From Minisyncoccia bacterium (GTDB taxonomy: Bacteria > Patescibacteriota > Minisyncoccia > Phycocordibacterales > UBA2100), in assembly GCA_049297775.1 (NCBI GenBank), contig JBAQUX010000025.1, positions 58,835 through 122,834 on the forward strand: a stretch of DNA of 64,000 bases, written 5' to 3'. The position numbers and the translations under genes were made by a program. The notes under the pieces were generated by a model. It saw only the letters and a list, made by a program, of their open reading frames with translations, was not told the origin of the DNA and ran no database searches. Below are positions 1 to 10,663 of the stretch, one piece after another. The number at the start of each line of letters is the position of its first letter. Positions within the stretch are counted from its first letter, which is position 1.

Positions 1-694
1 GGTATTGCTTATTTGCAACAAATTTCTTCTGTTCTACGGCAAGTACTTTTTTTTGAGTTTCGTGTGCATTCTTAAGGTTACTAATAGTCGCTTTTTCTTT
101 CTTAAGTGAATCACTATGTATCTGGACCGTTCCTTCTAGGTCACCTAATTGTTTAATTTCATTCCAGGAGTCTGAAATCGTCCCATTTCGCAAAAAAAGC
201 TCCATAAAGGATGTGCTTTCCGCCTCATTCATATTTCGTACCGTCTCACGAGTTGCCGCCTGCATGCGCTTAAGTGCCGCATTCTTGTCATCTATGCCTT
301 TTGCCAAAGTCTCGATTCTATCTTCAGCGGTAAGTATTTTAGATTTTGTTAAGGAGATGTTTGCCGTAGCTTTTTTTCGCGACACATCAAGTTCGTAAAT
401 AGTGTTCGAGAGTGTACGCTTCTTTGAACTTACTGAGTTTAAATCTTTTTGGTATTTTGAAATTTCCGCTTCAAGCTTTTTTATGTTTTCTGCATGCGCG
501 TCAATCTGACTTTTAAGTTGTAGTGCCTGATATTCTTTCTCCTGCGCCTTCGCTTGAATTTCTGCCGCTATAGCTGCTTCATCTACAGTTTGAACCACTG
601 CATCATCTTCTGCATATACAGCCTGAAATACACTTAGAAACAGCGTTATCGCAATAAAAAAAATGATTGTGCGTGAATTCACTCGTAAAAGCAT
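1..694 (-). CDS. Secreted coiled-coil protein, partial (stop lies outside the window). Has an N-terminal signal peptide then a long heptad-rich coiled coil, resembling the N-terminal part of EnvC/M23-type peptidoglycan hydrolase activators.
   Basis: Translated by hand from the minus strand: MLLRVNSRTIIFFIAITLFLSVFQAVYAEDD... followed by Q/K/E-rich heptad sequence. The ATG is at ~692-694. This ORF is absent from the ORF track because the frame runs off the window edge. Confidence 0.45.
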   Translation of the reverse strand, partial: MLLRVNSRTIIFFIAITLFLSVFQAVYAEDDAVVQTVDEAAIAAEIQAKAQEKEYQALQLKSQIDAHAENIKKLEAEISKYQKDLNSVSSKKRTLSNTIYELDVSRKKATANISLTKSKILTAEDRIETLAKGIDDKNAALKRMQAATRETVRNMNEAESTSFMELFLRNGTISDSWNEIKQLGDLEGTVQIHSDSLKKEKATISNLKNAHETQKKVLAVEQKKFVANKQY

Positions 695-701
695 GTGTGC
701 A

Positions 702-2153
702 TTATACAGCACTTTCTATGGCGAATTTAAGACGTTTCAACACCTCTGATTTCCCAAGAATTGATGCAACAGTGAACGGGTCAGGAGACTTCTCTCTGCC
801 AGTAAGCGCTACGCGGAGCGGCCACAGTACATTTCCTCGTCCTTCTTGCTCTGCATATGCCCAGACAGCGTTTTTGATTGATTCAGGGGTATACACCTGC
901 TCAGCTTCAAGTAGCGGAATAAGTGCCGTTAGATGCTTCACTACATCGTCTGCGGTCCCCTTTTTAGGAATAATGAGCGGATATAGATTTTGAGCGTCAC
1001 TAAAGAAGAAATCATATTCACCAGCCTCTGCGAGTGTCTGCATATCACTGAAAAGAGACATGCGGTCACGGAGCACGAGTATTACTTTTTCTGCAACAGC
1101 ATCAGTATACCCAGGCAATGCGCGTACCGTTTCTGGTATGCATTTTTTTGCCTCAGATACAAATGTATCGAGCGGGAGCTTCATCATATACTCGCGGTTG
1201 TACCACAATAATTTTTCTTCATTCATTACCGCACCATGTGTTTGTATATGTGTTACATCAAATGCGAGTAACAACTCCTCGCGTGAAAAAATTTCTTGTG
1301 TAGTACCCGGGTTCCAACCAATAAAAACAAGGAAGTTAAGCATTGCATCAGCAAGGTATCCTTCATTTCTATATTCCAAAATATCTTTTGCACCATCACG
1401 CTTGCCAAGTTTCTTGGTTTTATCATCGCGCAGTATTGGTGGGAGCGTAACAAATTTTGGTACCGGAATATCGAGAGCTTCGTATAGACTCAAAAATTTT
1501 GGAGTACTCGAAATAAATTCGTCCGCGCGCATGATATGCGTCACGCCCATATGAAAGTCATCCACAATGTGCGCAAAGTTGTATGTGGGATACCCATCAC
1601 TTTTAATAAGAATGAAGTCATCCAAACCTTCCTCGCCAGCCTCTAAATCACCGCGCACTTCGTCGTGCCAATGCATGCGCTTAATCTGTGGTACTTTAAA
1701 TCGTAACGGGCGTGTCCCATCCCATGGCATAAGCTCCTTAGGGCGATGATCACGAAACAGGAATGCACGCTTTTCTGCTTGTGCTTCCTTTCTAAACGCA
1801 TCAACCTCTTCAGCACTATACGGGTCTGGGTATGCATACCCTTTTTCAATAAGTTTCAGTGCCATCTCTTTGTATGTCGAAAGTCGCTCTGATTGTATAG
1901 ATGAGCCATAGGGGTTCACTTTATCTGGTCCATAGTCCCATTCTAAATTAAGCCAGCGGAGTGTTTCTTGTATATGCTCAATTGAACCAGGTACTTCGCG
2001 CTCTTTGTCAGTGTCTTCAATGCGAAGAATAAATGTGCCGTTATTCTTCCGAGCAAGTAACCATGCAAAGAGTGCGGTTCGTAAACCACCGATATGCATA
2101 AAACCTGTGGGACTTGGCGCAAATCGTGTAACTACCTTCATATTATGCTTCAT
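702..2153 (-). CDS. gltX: Glutamyl-tRNA synthetase (class I)
   Basis: N-terminus RFAPSPTGFMHIGGLRTALF (HIGH motif), a KMSKS-like KKLGKRDG, overall GluRS length and order. An alternative start is MKVVTRF (~2138). Confidence 0.9.
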   Translation of the reverse strand: MKHNMKVVTRFAPSPTGFMHIGGLRTALFAWLLARKNNGTFILRIEDTDKEREVPGSIEHIQETLRWLNLEWDYGPDKVNPYGSSIQSERLSTYKEMALKLIEKGYAYPDPYSAEEVDAFRKEAQAEKRAFLFRDHRPKELMPWDGTRPLRFKVPQIKRMHWHDEVRGDLEAGEEGLDDFILIKSDGYPTYNFAHIVDDFHMGVTHIMRADEFISSTPKFLSLYEALDIPVPKFVTLPPILRDDKTKKLGKRDGAKDILEYRNEGYLADAMLNFLVFIGWNPGTTQEIFSREELLLAFDVTHIQTHGAVMNEEKLLWYNREYMMKLPLDTFVSEAKKCIPETVRALPGYTDAVAEKVILVLRDRMSLFSDMQTLAEAGEYDFFFSDAQNLYPLIIPKKGTADDVVKHLTALIPLLEAEQVYTPESIKNAVWAYAEQEGRGNVLWPLRVALTGREKSPDPFTVASILGKSEVLKRLKFAIESAV

Positions 2154-3321
2154 GTTCGAGAACGGTATCGAGGATAACGCGTGCTAATTTTCTTGCGGCG
2201 TCTGGTCGTGCAAATGTGCGTGCAGAGCGAACCATATCATCTTTTAGTTGCTTGGTTTCCATGATGCGGTTTATCTCTGACACTAGAATGTGCGACGTAA
2301 GGTTGTGTTGCTCTATTACGGTACATGCACCCACACGAGCGAACGCGAACGCGTTCTTTGTTTGATCATGAGAAATTTGCTCAGGTATTGGAATAATAAT
2401 ACTTGGCAATCCCCATGCAGAAATTTCAAAAATGGTGCCCGTACCCGCACGAGAAACGACAAGGCTCGCCGCTCCAGCAGACATTCTGAGCGCCAGCGTA
2501 TTCAAAAAACCATATGTTTTATATCGGTCTTTAAATTCATTATTTTTAAGTACTACTTGCGAAATCTTTCTAACCTCGTCTAGATTTTGAGCACCAGTTT
2601 GGTGAATGACTTGATATTTTGGCAAAAGCAATGGAAGCGCATCAATGACTGCATTGTTAATTGTTTGTGCACCGAGTGTACCGCCCATGACAAGTATCGT
2701 TGGCAACTCCGGTGACAACTCAAGAAAGTTGTACATGCCTTCCTTTGCTGGAAGCGCAATATCCTTACGTACCGGATGTCCGACAAGGGCAATTTTTTCT
2801 TTCGGTACAGGTATGAGCTCTTCAGTTCCTGGGTATGATATCGCAACGAAACGAGCAAACTTTGCTCCATACAGGTTTGCGCGTCCTACTGATGCATCTG
2901 ATTCATGCACAATAACCGGTATCGCAAGAATGCGAGCAGCGACGAGTGTAGGAAAACTCGCGTATCCGCCCTTGGAAAAAATAACATCTGGGTAGAGTGA
3001 GTACAGTTGAAACACAGATTTGATAATTCCGAAAAATGTTTTTACAAAATCAAATACGTTTAATATTGAGGCGTAACGACGCAATTTACCTGCAGGACTT
3101 TGTATGAACACGATGTTGTGTTCTTGTAGTGCGAGCTTGTCGAACGGTTCAGGTCCTATATAAAAAAGTTGTGGCTCAATCATGTGGCGCTCAAGCGCAA
3201 GCGCAAATATCTCTTCTGCAACGGCAATAAGCGGGTAAAAGTGCCCGCCAGTACCGCCTCCTGTAAGTACAATTTTCATTACAGCGTATTGTATACGAAA
3301 TCTCTCGTTATACAAAGTCAA
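2143..3321 (-). CDS. murG: UDP-GlcNAc:lipid I N-acetylglucosaminyltransferase MurG
   Basis: MKIVLTGGGTGGHFYPLIAV signature, GT28 C-terminal region, position in the dcw cluster next to ftsW/mraY. The true start is probably the MKIVL Met (~3279). Confidence 0.9.
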   Translation of the reverse strand: MTLYNERFRIQYAVMKIVLTGGGTGGHFYPLIAVAEEIFALALERHMIEPQLFYIGPEPFDKLALQEHNIVFIQSPAGKLRRYASILNVFDFVKTFFGIIKSVFQLYSLYPDVIFSKGGYASFPTLVAARILAIPVIVHESDASVGRANLYGAKFARFVAISYPGTEELIPVPKEKIALVGHPVRKDIALPAKEGMYNFLELSPELPTILVMGGTLGAQTINNAVIDALPLLLPKYQVIHQTGAQNLDEVRKISQVVLKNNEFKDRYKTYGFLNTLALRMSAGAASLVVSRAGTGTIFEISAWGLPSIIIPIPEQISHDQTKNAFAFARVGACTVIEQHNLTSHILVSEINRIMETKQLKDDMVRSARTFARPDAARKLARVILDTVLEHEA

Positions 3322-3335
3322 AAAAATTGAGGAAG

Positions 3336-4460
3336 TTAGTATTTTTTAGCTGTGTAGCGGGATATATTCAATAGTACCCCCACTGCCCCGAGCGATATGC
3401 AGAGCGCTGTTCCACCATGACTCACAAATATGAGCGGGTTACCTGACAGTGGCAAGAGTGCAATAATCGCTGAAATATTAAGCAGGGACTGTAAGGTAAT
3501 TAAAAGTGTTATACCAAGTGCAAGTAATGTTCCAAATAAGTCTGGCGCACGTATCGCAATCATGCATCCACGAATGAAAAAAGCGAGAAACAGCCCAAGT
3601 AAAATGAGAGACCCGAAGAAACCAAACTCCTCAGCGTATACCGCAAAAATCGTATCGCCAATAGGTTCTGGTAAGTATCCGAACTTCTGAACACTTTGTC
3701 CAAATCCCCTACCAAAAATACCACCAGACCCAACGGCAATGAGTGACTGATGTACCTGATATCCTGAACCCAACACATCAGCTGTAGGGTTTAAAAAAGT
3801 TGTAACACGTTGATACGCATGAGGCTTTAAGATAAGCGCAACAGAAAGTAACAGCAGCCCACACCCAACAACCAAAAGTGCATCTCTCCAGCGCATACCG
3901 CTTGCAAAGAAAAGTGCACCGACCGACGCACAAATAATGAGAAGTACATCGATGTCAGGCTCAAGAATGAGTAGTATTCCTGGAAGTGTCAAAATTCCAC
4001 CAAGTGAACCAAGTGCCCATAGCGTTGATGTAGAAATGTTCTTAGTATTTCCAGCAAGGAATGATGCAGAGAAAAGTATTGTTGCATATTTCAAAATTTC
4101 AGAGGGTTGGAAAGTTATAAAGCCAAGAGATACCCAGCGTGTCGCTCCTTTCAGACTGAGTCCAATGACGGGCAGAAACACACAAAGCGTGAGAAGCGAT
4201 GAAGCGACAAATATGTGCAGTGCATATGTACGCCAAAACGTATACTTAATTTTCGAAAGCATGAGGAGCGCAATTGTGCCCAGTACTAACCCAAGAAAAA
4301 ATTGATTCACAATAATTGAGGTTATTGAAACGGTACCTCGCGCCAAGAGCCCCAACGATGCTGAGATAAATATAAAAAAACCGACAATAGACAACGTTGC
4401 AGTAATAAACTGTAGCGGACCGTCAGCCTTCTTTAATTTTGTTGCCATAACGCTACGCAA
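3336..4460 (-). CDS. ftsW: SEDS-family lipid II flippase/glycosyltransferase FtsW/RodA
   Basis: Polytopic membrane protein of ~370 aa, located between mraY and murG (dcw order), with typical SEDS Gly-rich loops. Confidence 0.8.
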   Translation of the reverse strand: MRSVMATKLKKADGPLQFITATLSIVGFFIFISASLGLLARGTVSITSIIVNQFFLGLVLGTIALLMLSKIKYTFWRTYALHIFVASSLLTLCVFLPVIGLSLKGATRWVSLGFITFQPSEILKYATILFSASFLAGNTKNISTSTLWALGSLGGILTLPGILLILEPDIDVLLIICASVGALFFASGMRWRDALLVVGCGLLLLSVALILKPHAYQRVTTFLNPTADVLGSGYQVHQSLIAVGSGGIFGRGFGQSVQKFGYLPEPIGDTIFAVYAEEFGFFGSLILLGLFLAFFIRGCMIAIRAPDLFGTLLALGITLLITLQSLLNISAIIALLPLSGNPLIFVSHGGTALCISLGAVGVLLNISRYTAKKY

Positions 4461-5529
4461 TCAATGCATACATAACACCGACAAACGCACACATCGCACT
4501 CAAGATCCAATAGCGCATCGTAACTTTGGCACTTGACCAACCAATTGCCTCAAAGTGGTGGTGTAACGGTGCGATGCGGAGCAACTTCACCCCATATATT
4601 TTTTTATAGATGAGTTGTACCACAACCGAGAGTACTGTTGCGACGAGTGGAAATCCGATAATGAGAAATGCCGAGACGCCGACACCATCACCAAGAGCAT
4701 CAGTCATGAAAGCTATCACCGCAAGAGTAAGTGTGAGAGACATGGTTCCGGTCTCCGTCATGTAAAACCGTGCCGGTGGTACGTTAAACCATAAAAATGC
4801 GAGTATCGAACCGACAAGCATTGCGGAGAATGATGCAAGGTCTGTTTGCCCTTGTTCAAACGCAATCAGTGCGTAGGCAGCAAAAATAGTAGCAAATACG
4901 CCACCTGAGAGACCATCAATGCCATCAATAACACCACTTGCATAGAGACAAATAGTAAAAATAACAAAAAACGGAATGATGAATACACCAATATCAAGAT
5001 ATCCAAAGAAAGGTACCCCTATCATAGATACTCCAAGCTTTGCATAGAACCACCAGCCAATTGCACCGGCCATCACCGTAATCAACGCGAGCCGTCGTCC
5101 CAGCGAGAGACCCTTTGGGTGCCCCTGAATGTCGTAAACATCGTTTACGATACCAACAAGCGCACCGACGATAAGCGTGGTGAGCGGTATCCATGTTTGT
5201 GAGCGGGAGATAAAACCAATACCCGCGTCACTGACGTCAGTAAAAATTTGCCCTAAGAGCGACACCGCAAGAATAGTTATGAGAGAACTTCCCCAGATAA
5301 CGATACCGCCCATGCGCGGAGTGCGCTTCTCTCCTTCTGCCTTGAGTGCATTAAATGTTGTAGCAACGGAACCATCAAGTGCTTGCTTGCCGGGATTTTT
5401 TTTCCATGCCTTGTATGCATACAAATATTTTGTTACGAGTGGTGTAATTGCGATTCCAATGGCAAATGAAAGCGTAGGAGTAATGAGGACCTTTAAAATT
5501 TCCGGTGTCATGATACTAGAGTATAGCAA
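4453..5529 (-). CDS. mraY: Phospho-N-acetylmuramoyl-pentapeptide transferase MraY
   Basis: 10-TM protein, with the DD/NDVYDIQG and GIDGLSGG motifs typical of MraY, in dcw context. Confidence 0.85.
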   Translation of the reverse strand: MLYSSIMTPEILKVLITPTLSFAIGIAITPLVTKYLYAYKAWKKNPGKQALDGSVATTFNALKAEGEKRTPRMGGIVIWGSSLITILAVSLLGQIFTDVSDAGIGFISRSQTWIPLTTLIVGALVGIVNDVYDIQGHPKGLSLGRRLALITVMAGAIGWWFYAKLGVSMIGVPFFGYLDIGVFIIPFFVIFTICLYASGVIDGIDGLSGGVFATIFAAYALIAFEQGQTDLASFSAMLVGSILAFLWFNVPPARFYMTETGTMSLTLTLAVIAFMTDALGDGVGVSAFLIIGFPLVATVLSVVVQLIYKKIYGVKLLRIAPLHHHFEAIGWSSAKVTMRYWILSAMCAFVGVMYALIA

Positions 5530-5569
5530 AGAAACCTCACCGAAACAGGTGTGTATATGTTACGCCACG

Positions 5570-6538
5570 CTATTGAGGAAGTGTTGCTTGAACCAACTTT
5601 TGCACGTCAGGAAAACGTCCATCCTTTGAGGAGCCGAGCACCACAATCGCCACAGGATTATTAATTCCCCTATCAAATACAATTGCCAAATTGCCCCCTG
5701 CCAAATCTGTGTATCCAGTCTTTCCAGCTATCAATGATGGAATATTCGGAATAGATTCATTTGTGTTTCGTGCTGCATGACTTACACCGCTTTGTGATGT
5801 GTACACTGCAGTTGATGCCGTAGTTGCTTCTAAAATAGAACTCTCAGTGCGAACCAAGTAGCCAAGGAGTGTTGCCACATCTTGTGCACTACCATATGCC
5901 GTTGCGATACCTGCTTCAGAGTCGAGACCTGTTTCATCGATAAATTTTGTGTTGCGCAACCCAATGTCATTCGCAGAAGAATTCATCGCACGTATAAACG
6001 CATCATGTGGTAACTCTCCTTCTGTTGCAATTTTCTTTCCTACTGCACCAGCAAGAGCTGCAGCTGCATCGTTAGATGACGTCATGAGCATAAAATCAGA
6101 AAGCGTCCGCGCAGACCATTGTTCTTGTGGTAAGAGTGAGCTATCTCCTTCACGCGAAAGTGCTGAATTGGTAATCACCACGATGTCACCCTCATCAAGC
6201 ACGGTATGCGCCACGTGTGCGGTCATCAGCTTGGTAATTGATGCAAGCGGTAATTGTACTTGTGCATTCTTCTCAAAGAGCACCACGCCATTTTTAAGGT
6301 CATACACAATTGCTGCCTTTGCCTCAAGAGTTGCAGGGTCAATCGTGACAGGTAAAAAAGCAGGCTCAGTGACTTCTTCCTTTGTATCAGAAACTACAAA
6401 GCCAACCCGCGCGGTGAGGTTATCTCTACTTTCAGAAAGAAAGCTCGTACCAACTGACTTTAAAACGTAGGGCGCAGTGAAAAATATTGCAATAGCTGCA
6501 AATGAATAGATGGCGATAAATTTCTGAATTTTATTCAT
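5570..6538 (-). CDS. D-alanyl-D-alanine carboxypeptidase (PBP5/6 family, S11 serine peptidase)
   Basis: Signal/TM N-terminus, SITK (SxxK), SSN (SxN) and KTGYT (KTG) active-site motifs. Confidence 0.8.
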   Translation of the reverse strand: MNKIQKFIAIYSFAAIAIFFTAPYVLKSVGTSFLSESRDNLTARVGFVVSDTKEEVTEPAFLPVTIDPATLEAKAAIVYDLKNGVVLFEKNAQVQLPLASITKLMTAHVAHTVLDEGDIVVITNSALSREGDSSLLPQEQWSARTLSDFMLMTSSNDAAAALAGAVGKKIATEGELPHDAFIRAMNSSANDIGLRNTKFIDETGLDSEAGIATAYGSAQDVATLLGYLVRTESSILEATTASTAVYTSQSGVSHAARNTNESIPNIPSLIAGKTGYTDLAGGNLAIVFDRGINNPVAIVVLGSSKDGRFPDVQKLVQATLPQ

Positions 6539-6580
6539 ATACTGAATGTATTTTTTAACACAAAATAGGGCGTATGTCTA

Positions 6581-7165
6581 TTACTGACTAGTGTCAACAT
6601 CATCCACTGGTGCATCGGTGTGCTGTGTTCTTCGTTCAAACTGAGCAATTTCTGTCCGTATTTCCTCAGCCTGTGGTAACGCTGAGTCCGTAGTAATACC
6701 AAGGTGTGCAAGTGCTTCTGTAGTAATTACATAGAGATTTTTTTGAGAACCGGTCCCTGCTGAGCGCTCAATAAGCCCTCGCATGCGCAAGTGACGCAAT
6801 GCAAAACTTGAATTAACTCCGCGAATTGCATCAATTTCAACTTGAGATGAGGGACCGCGATACAACAATATACCCAGTGTCTCTAGTGAGGCAGGGCCAA
6901 TATCTTCCTTAAATTCTTTTGATTGTACTTCTTCTATAAAAGTAGTACACGATGGCGAGACACGAAGTGACAGCTCTTCCCCAGTGAGAAAGAGGGATAC
7001 TCCACGCTCCGTGTACACAGCTTGTAATTCAGCAACAGCGGCATGCATTGCTTCATCAGAAATATCTTTTATAACTTTTTTAAGATAGGTAAATGTTATC
7101 GTACCGCCTTCATAAAAAAGAAGTGCCTCAATTTTTTTTGCAATATCACTAGTGTGTGTTTCCAT
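6581..7165 (-). CDS. scpB: Segregation and condensation protein B
   Basis: ScpB-like winged-helix sequence (IEALLFYEGGTITF...), adjacent to and overlapping scpA. Confidence 0.8.
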   Translation of the reverse strand: METHTSDIAKKIEALLFYEGGTITFTYLKKVIKDISDEAMHAAVAELQAVYTERGVSLFLTGEELSLRVSPSCTTFIEEVQSKEFKEDIGPASLETLGILLYRGPSSQVEIDAIRGVNSSFALRHLRMRGLIERSAGTGSQKNLYVITTEALAHLGITTDSALPQAEEIRTEIAQFERRTQHTDAPVDDVDTSQ

Positions 7166-7898
7166 AGTTTGGTACTCCTACTGTATCATGTTCAAGTTGA
7201 ATGTCTCCGTAGTCTGTAGATTGTTCCGCCGTGATTGTTCCCTGCTTCACCAATTCAAGTATGGCGAGAAACATAACCACAACTTCACCACGCGGAGCCG
7301 CCCCAGCCATATGCTTAAACGAAACCGACATCGCACGCATGACGCGCTCGGATAATTTTTGAATCATCTCCTCAATACTTACTGTCTTCTCAACGACAGC
7401 AGTATCTTTTATCTGAAATGGCTTTGGCAAGGTCGTTACTACATTTTGTAACGCGTTCTGAATTTGAGCGAGCGTACAATCACGTGATGGTACAAAAAAA
7501 ACTGAACGTTGTGGCTCCTTCCTAAATTCTACTGAGTACTGCGTATCCCATATTTCGCGGAGACCAATCGCCGCTTTTTTGTATACTGCATAACGTTCAA
7601 GAGCACTCTTTAAGTCGGCCACCTGCACCTCTTCCTCTGCAGTAAGTTCAAAGTCAGGAAGGAGTGATCGCGACTTAATAAGTAGCAACGTCGCTGCGAC
7701 GAGCAAGTACTGCGCTCGTTCAAACAGTGTAATAGGGCTCGCGTTCAAATAGGCAATATATTCATCAGTAACTGCAGCAAGTGATACATCATTGATGAAA
7801 AACTTTCGCTTTTCTACCAAATCCAAGAGCACATCGAGTGGCCCTTGAAAGTGCGCTGCGGTTACAGTGAAAGCATTCATGCTAGTGTGAGCGTGCAA
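7149..7898 (-). CDS. scpA: Segregation and condensation protein A
   Basis: FQGPLDVLLDLVEKRKFFINDVSLAAVTDEYIAYL, the typical ScpA N-terminus. Confidence 0.85.
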   Translation of the reverse strand: MHAHTSMNAFTVTAAHFQGPLDVLLDLVEKRKFFINDVSLAAVTDEYIAYLNASPITLFERAQYLLVAATLLLIKSRSLLPDFELTAEEEVQVADLKSALERYAVYKKAAIGLREIWDTQYSVEFRKEPQRSVFFVPSRDCTLAQIQNALQNVVTTLPKPFQIKDTAVVEKTVSIEEMIQKLSERVMRAMSVSFKHMAGAAPRGEVVVMFLAILELVKQGTITAEQSTDYGDIQLEHDTVGVPNYGNTH

Positions 7899-9270
7899 TA
7901 TCTACGAGGAGCCTTACTGGCTCACCTGTTGAGCCCTTTGCGAGACTGTCACGACTCGTCGCAGTCATACGTGGCGCAATGTCTAAGTGCGCCCATGCTT
8001 GGTTTTTTGCAATAAATTCCGCAAGGAAAATGGCACCATTAATACATCCGCCGTATCGTGAACCATCTGAAGGAATATTCGCGATGTCAGCTCTATCACT
8101 CTTTAACATATACTTGTACTCGTCCCAGAGTGGCAATTCCCAGACAAGCTCACCTGTAGCTTCTGCAGATGCAATAATGCGCTTACTTAATGCAGCATCT
8201 CTACTAAAGAGTGCTGAGCACATATCACCAAGTGCCACTAACGCAGCACCGGTAAGTGTTGCAACGTCCACAATTAATTTTGGCTGGTACACTTTTTGCG
8301 CATATGAGAGCGCATCAGCAAGGACCAAGCGCCCCTCGGCATCAGTGTTCAAAACTTCGATTGTTTTTCCGGAATATGACGTCAAGATATCTCCAGGACG
8401 ATAGCTGGTGCTTGAAATCATATTTTCTGCAAGTGGCACAATTGCAACAACATTTTTCTTTTCGCCAAGAGTTGCGAGTGCATGGACCGCAGCTACAACA
8501 GTAGCGCCTCCCATCATATCTAGATGCATTTCATGCATCGAACCGCCTGAGGATGGCTTTACCTGCAATCCACCGGAATCAAAAGTGATTCCTTTACCTA
8601 CAAACACAATCGGTGCGTCACCTTTTTTACCTCCCATATATTCTACGACTGCAAGTTGTGGCTTGTGTGTTGAACCTTGTCCCACCCCAAGAAGTGCACC
8701 CATCTTCATCTGACGCAATTTTGCATCATCAAATATTTTTACAGTTGTTTTAGGAATCTTCTTGAAGAGCGACTGAACATGCTTAGAAAACAATGCGGGT
8801 GTTACGTGACTTGCGGGGTCGTTTGCAACTGTACGAGCCCAATTGAGTGATGTACCCAAAAGAACACCACGCGCTAGTGCTGGTGCAAGTGCGGTTGGTG
8901 CACCGACAATACAAATATCAGTAAGTGGTTGTGGGGTCTTCCCTGTTTTATGTGCTACAAAATCATAGTTTGCCGCTACTGCATGAGACGCGAGGAGTTG
9001 TGCAAATGTCTGCACATCTTCTGTCTCAGGAAAATCTTTTGCAAGCAATTCCCACGCAATAGCAATTTGCAAAATATTTCTTTCCTTAGTGAAGCGGACA
9101 ATTGCACGAATTGTTTTAAATGCAGTGCGTCTTGTGTATGCCTTTTCTTTCTGTGCTGCAAACACGATACTTTTAACACCGGTATCTTCTACGAAACGCG
9201 TGTCATCATGGATACCTTCGCTCACATAGACAAAACTTTTTGGTACCTCTTTTGCAATTGAGAATTTCAT
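7882..9270 (-). CDS. pepA: Leucyl aminopeptidase (M17)
   Basis: The NTDAEGRLVLADAL signature and a GKGITFDSGG metal-binding region. Confidence 0.9.
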   Translation of the reverse strand: MKFSIAKEVPKSFVYVSEGIHDDTRFVEDTGVKSIVFAAQKEKAYTRRTAFKTIRAIVRFTKERNILQIAIAWELLAKDFPETEDVQTFAQLLASHAVAANYDFVAHKTGKTPQPLTDICIVGAPTALAPALARGVLLGTSLNWARTVANDPASHVTPALFSKHVQSLFKKIPKTTVKIFDDAKLRQMKMGALLGVGQGSTHKPQLAVVEYMGGKKGDAPIVFVGKGITFDSGGLQVKPSSGGSMHEMHLDMMGGATVVAAVHALATLGEKKNVVAIVPLAENMISSTSYRPGDILTSYSGKTIEVLNTDAEGRLVLADALSYAQKVYQPKLIVDVATLTGAALVALGDMCSALFSRDAALSKRIIASAEATGELVWELPLWDEYKYMLKSDRADIANIPSDGSRYGGCINGAIFLAEFIAKNQAWAHLDIAPRMTATSRDSLAKGSTGEPVRLLVDIARSH

Positions 9271-9272
9271 AC

Positions 9273-10646
9273 TTATTTCTTTTCCTCTGGTGCTGGTGCA
9301 ACTTCTGCATGTAAGCGTAGGTCAATACGTGTCATATCACGTGGAAACGCCGACGCCTCCTTGACGTTGCGTAATTCGAGCATGCGCGCAGTGATACGCT
9401 CAAGACCAGTAGAACAGCCACCATGTGGTGGGAGACCTGTTTTGAATGCCTGGAGATAGAACGCAAATTTCTCTGGGTCCATGCCACGCTCCTTGATACG
9501 AGCAACAAGCTCATCATAATCATGAATACGCTGTGCTCCACTGTTTATCTCAAGTCCACGGAACAAGAGGTCGAAACTCTTTGAGAAGCCAGGGCGTGCT
9601 GGGTCAGCATAGGTATAAAATGCACGCTTTGCTGTTGGGTAGTGTGTAATAAACACAAAGTCAGATTTATGTTCACGTAATGCATACTCACAAATTTGTC
9701 GTTCGTGTTCTGGCTCAAGGTCAGTCTCTCCAACACAGTCGTTGTTAAATTCCTTCTTGAGAATCTCTTGAGCTTCAGTAAGAGTAAACACTGGGAACTT
9801 TTCTCCGACGAGTGGCACAGTCGTACCAAAGCGCGTAAAGATATCTGCATGATTCTTTTCTGCACTTGCAACGACTGAGCGAATAACCTTTTCAAGCATC
9901 ACCATTACGTTTGTATGGTCTTCCACAAAGCCCATCTCGAAATCCATTTGCGTAATCTCACTTAGGTGGCGTGTTGTTGCAGATTTTTCTGCTCTAAAAA
10001 TTTTTGCGATAGTAAATGAACGCTCGAATGGCCCAACCATTATTTGCTTATAGAGTTGTGGACTAGTTGCAAGATATGCCTTTGTATCATCATAGTAATC
10101 AACCTTAAATACCGCAGAACCTCCTTCTGCATCCCCTCCTACTAGTGCTGGTGCCTGAAATTCAGTAAATCCATTCTCGCGCAACGTTGTACGATACGTG
10201 TTCACAATATCTGCTTGAAGCGTAAATATATCTCGTGCGCGTTCTCGGCGAAGCGTGAGCGGTAAGTTATCAAAATAGGTTTCGATGTTGAGATCAGCAT
10301 CAAGCTCAAACGGCAACTCCTGCACTTTAGAAAGAATATCTATTGCAGTGATTTGAAGTTCAATGCCACCGTTTACTTCTCCTGCCTTGCGCATTTTTTC
10401 TCCGCGCTCAACTATTGTTCCTTGAATTGCAATAGGACTTTGTGGACGAACATGTTCAGCAGTTGCAAAGGCATCTGCAGTTTGTGCAAATACAATTGTT
10501 TGTACGCTTGCGGTTCTGTCGCGCAGTTCAAAAAACATAAGCTTGCCGTGCTTACGAATAACTGTGACCATACCAGCTACAGTTACCGTTTTTCCAACAT
10601 GTTGTGAGAGTTCTGCAATGAGGACGCGCTCTTTAAGTGAAATCAT
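9273..10646 (-). CDS. aspS: Class IIb aminoacyl-tRNA synthetase, most likely archaeal/eukaryal-type aspartyl-tRNA synthetase (AsnRS not excluded)
   Basis: N-terminal OB fold; motif 2 FRAEKSATTRHLSEITQMDFEMGF; C-terminal HGGCSTGLERITARML...FPRD motif 3. Confidence 0.65.
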   Translation of the reverse strand: MISLKERVLIAELSQHVGKTVTVAGMVTVIRKHGKLMFFELRDRTASVQTIVFAQTADAFATAEHVRPQSPIAIQGTIVERGEKMRKAGEVNGGIELQITAIDILSKVQELPFELDADLNIETYFDNLPLTLRRERARDIFTLQADIVNTYRTTLRENGFTEFQAPALVGGDAEGGSAVFKVDYYDDTKAYLATSPQLYKQIMVGPFERSFTIAKIFRAEKSATTRHLSEITQMDFEMGFVEDHTNVMVMLEKVIRSVVASAEKNHADIFTRFGTTVPLVGEKFPVFTLTEAQEILKKEFNNDCVGETDLEPEHERQICEYALREHKSDFVFITHYPTAKRAFYTYADPARPGFSKSFDLLFRGLEINSGAQRIHDYDELVARIKERGMDPEKFAFYLQAFKTGLPPHGGCSTGLERITARMLELRNVKEASAFPRDMTRIDLRLHAEVAPAPEEKK

Positions 10647-10663
10647 GATTATGTGTTTATGTA

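Noticed and set aside
213-398. 61-aa plus-strand ORF at the window start
   Set aside because: It lies antisense within the partial minus-strand coiled-coil gene (1..694).
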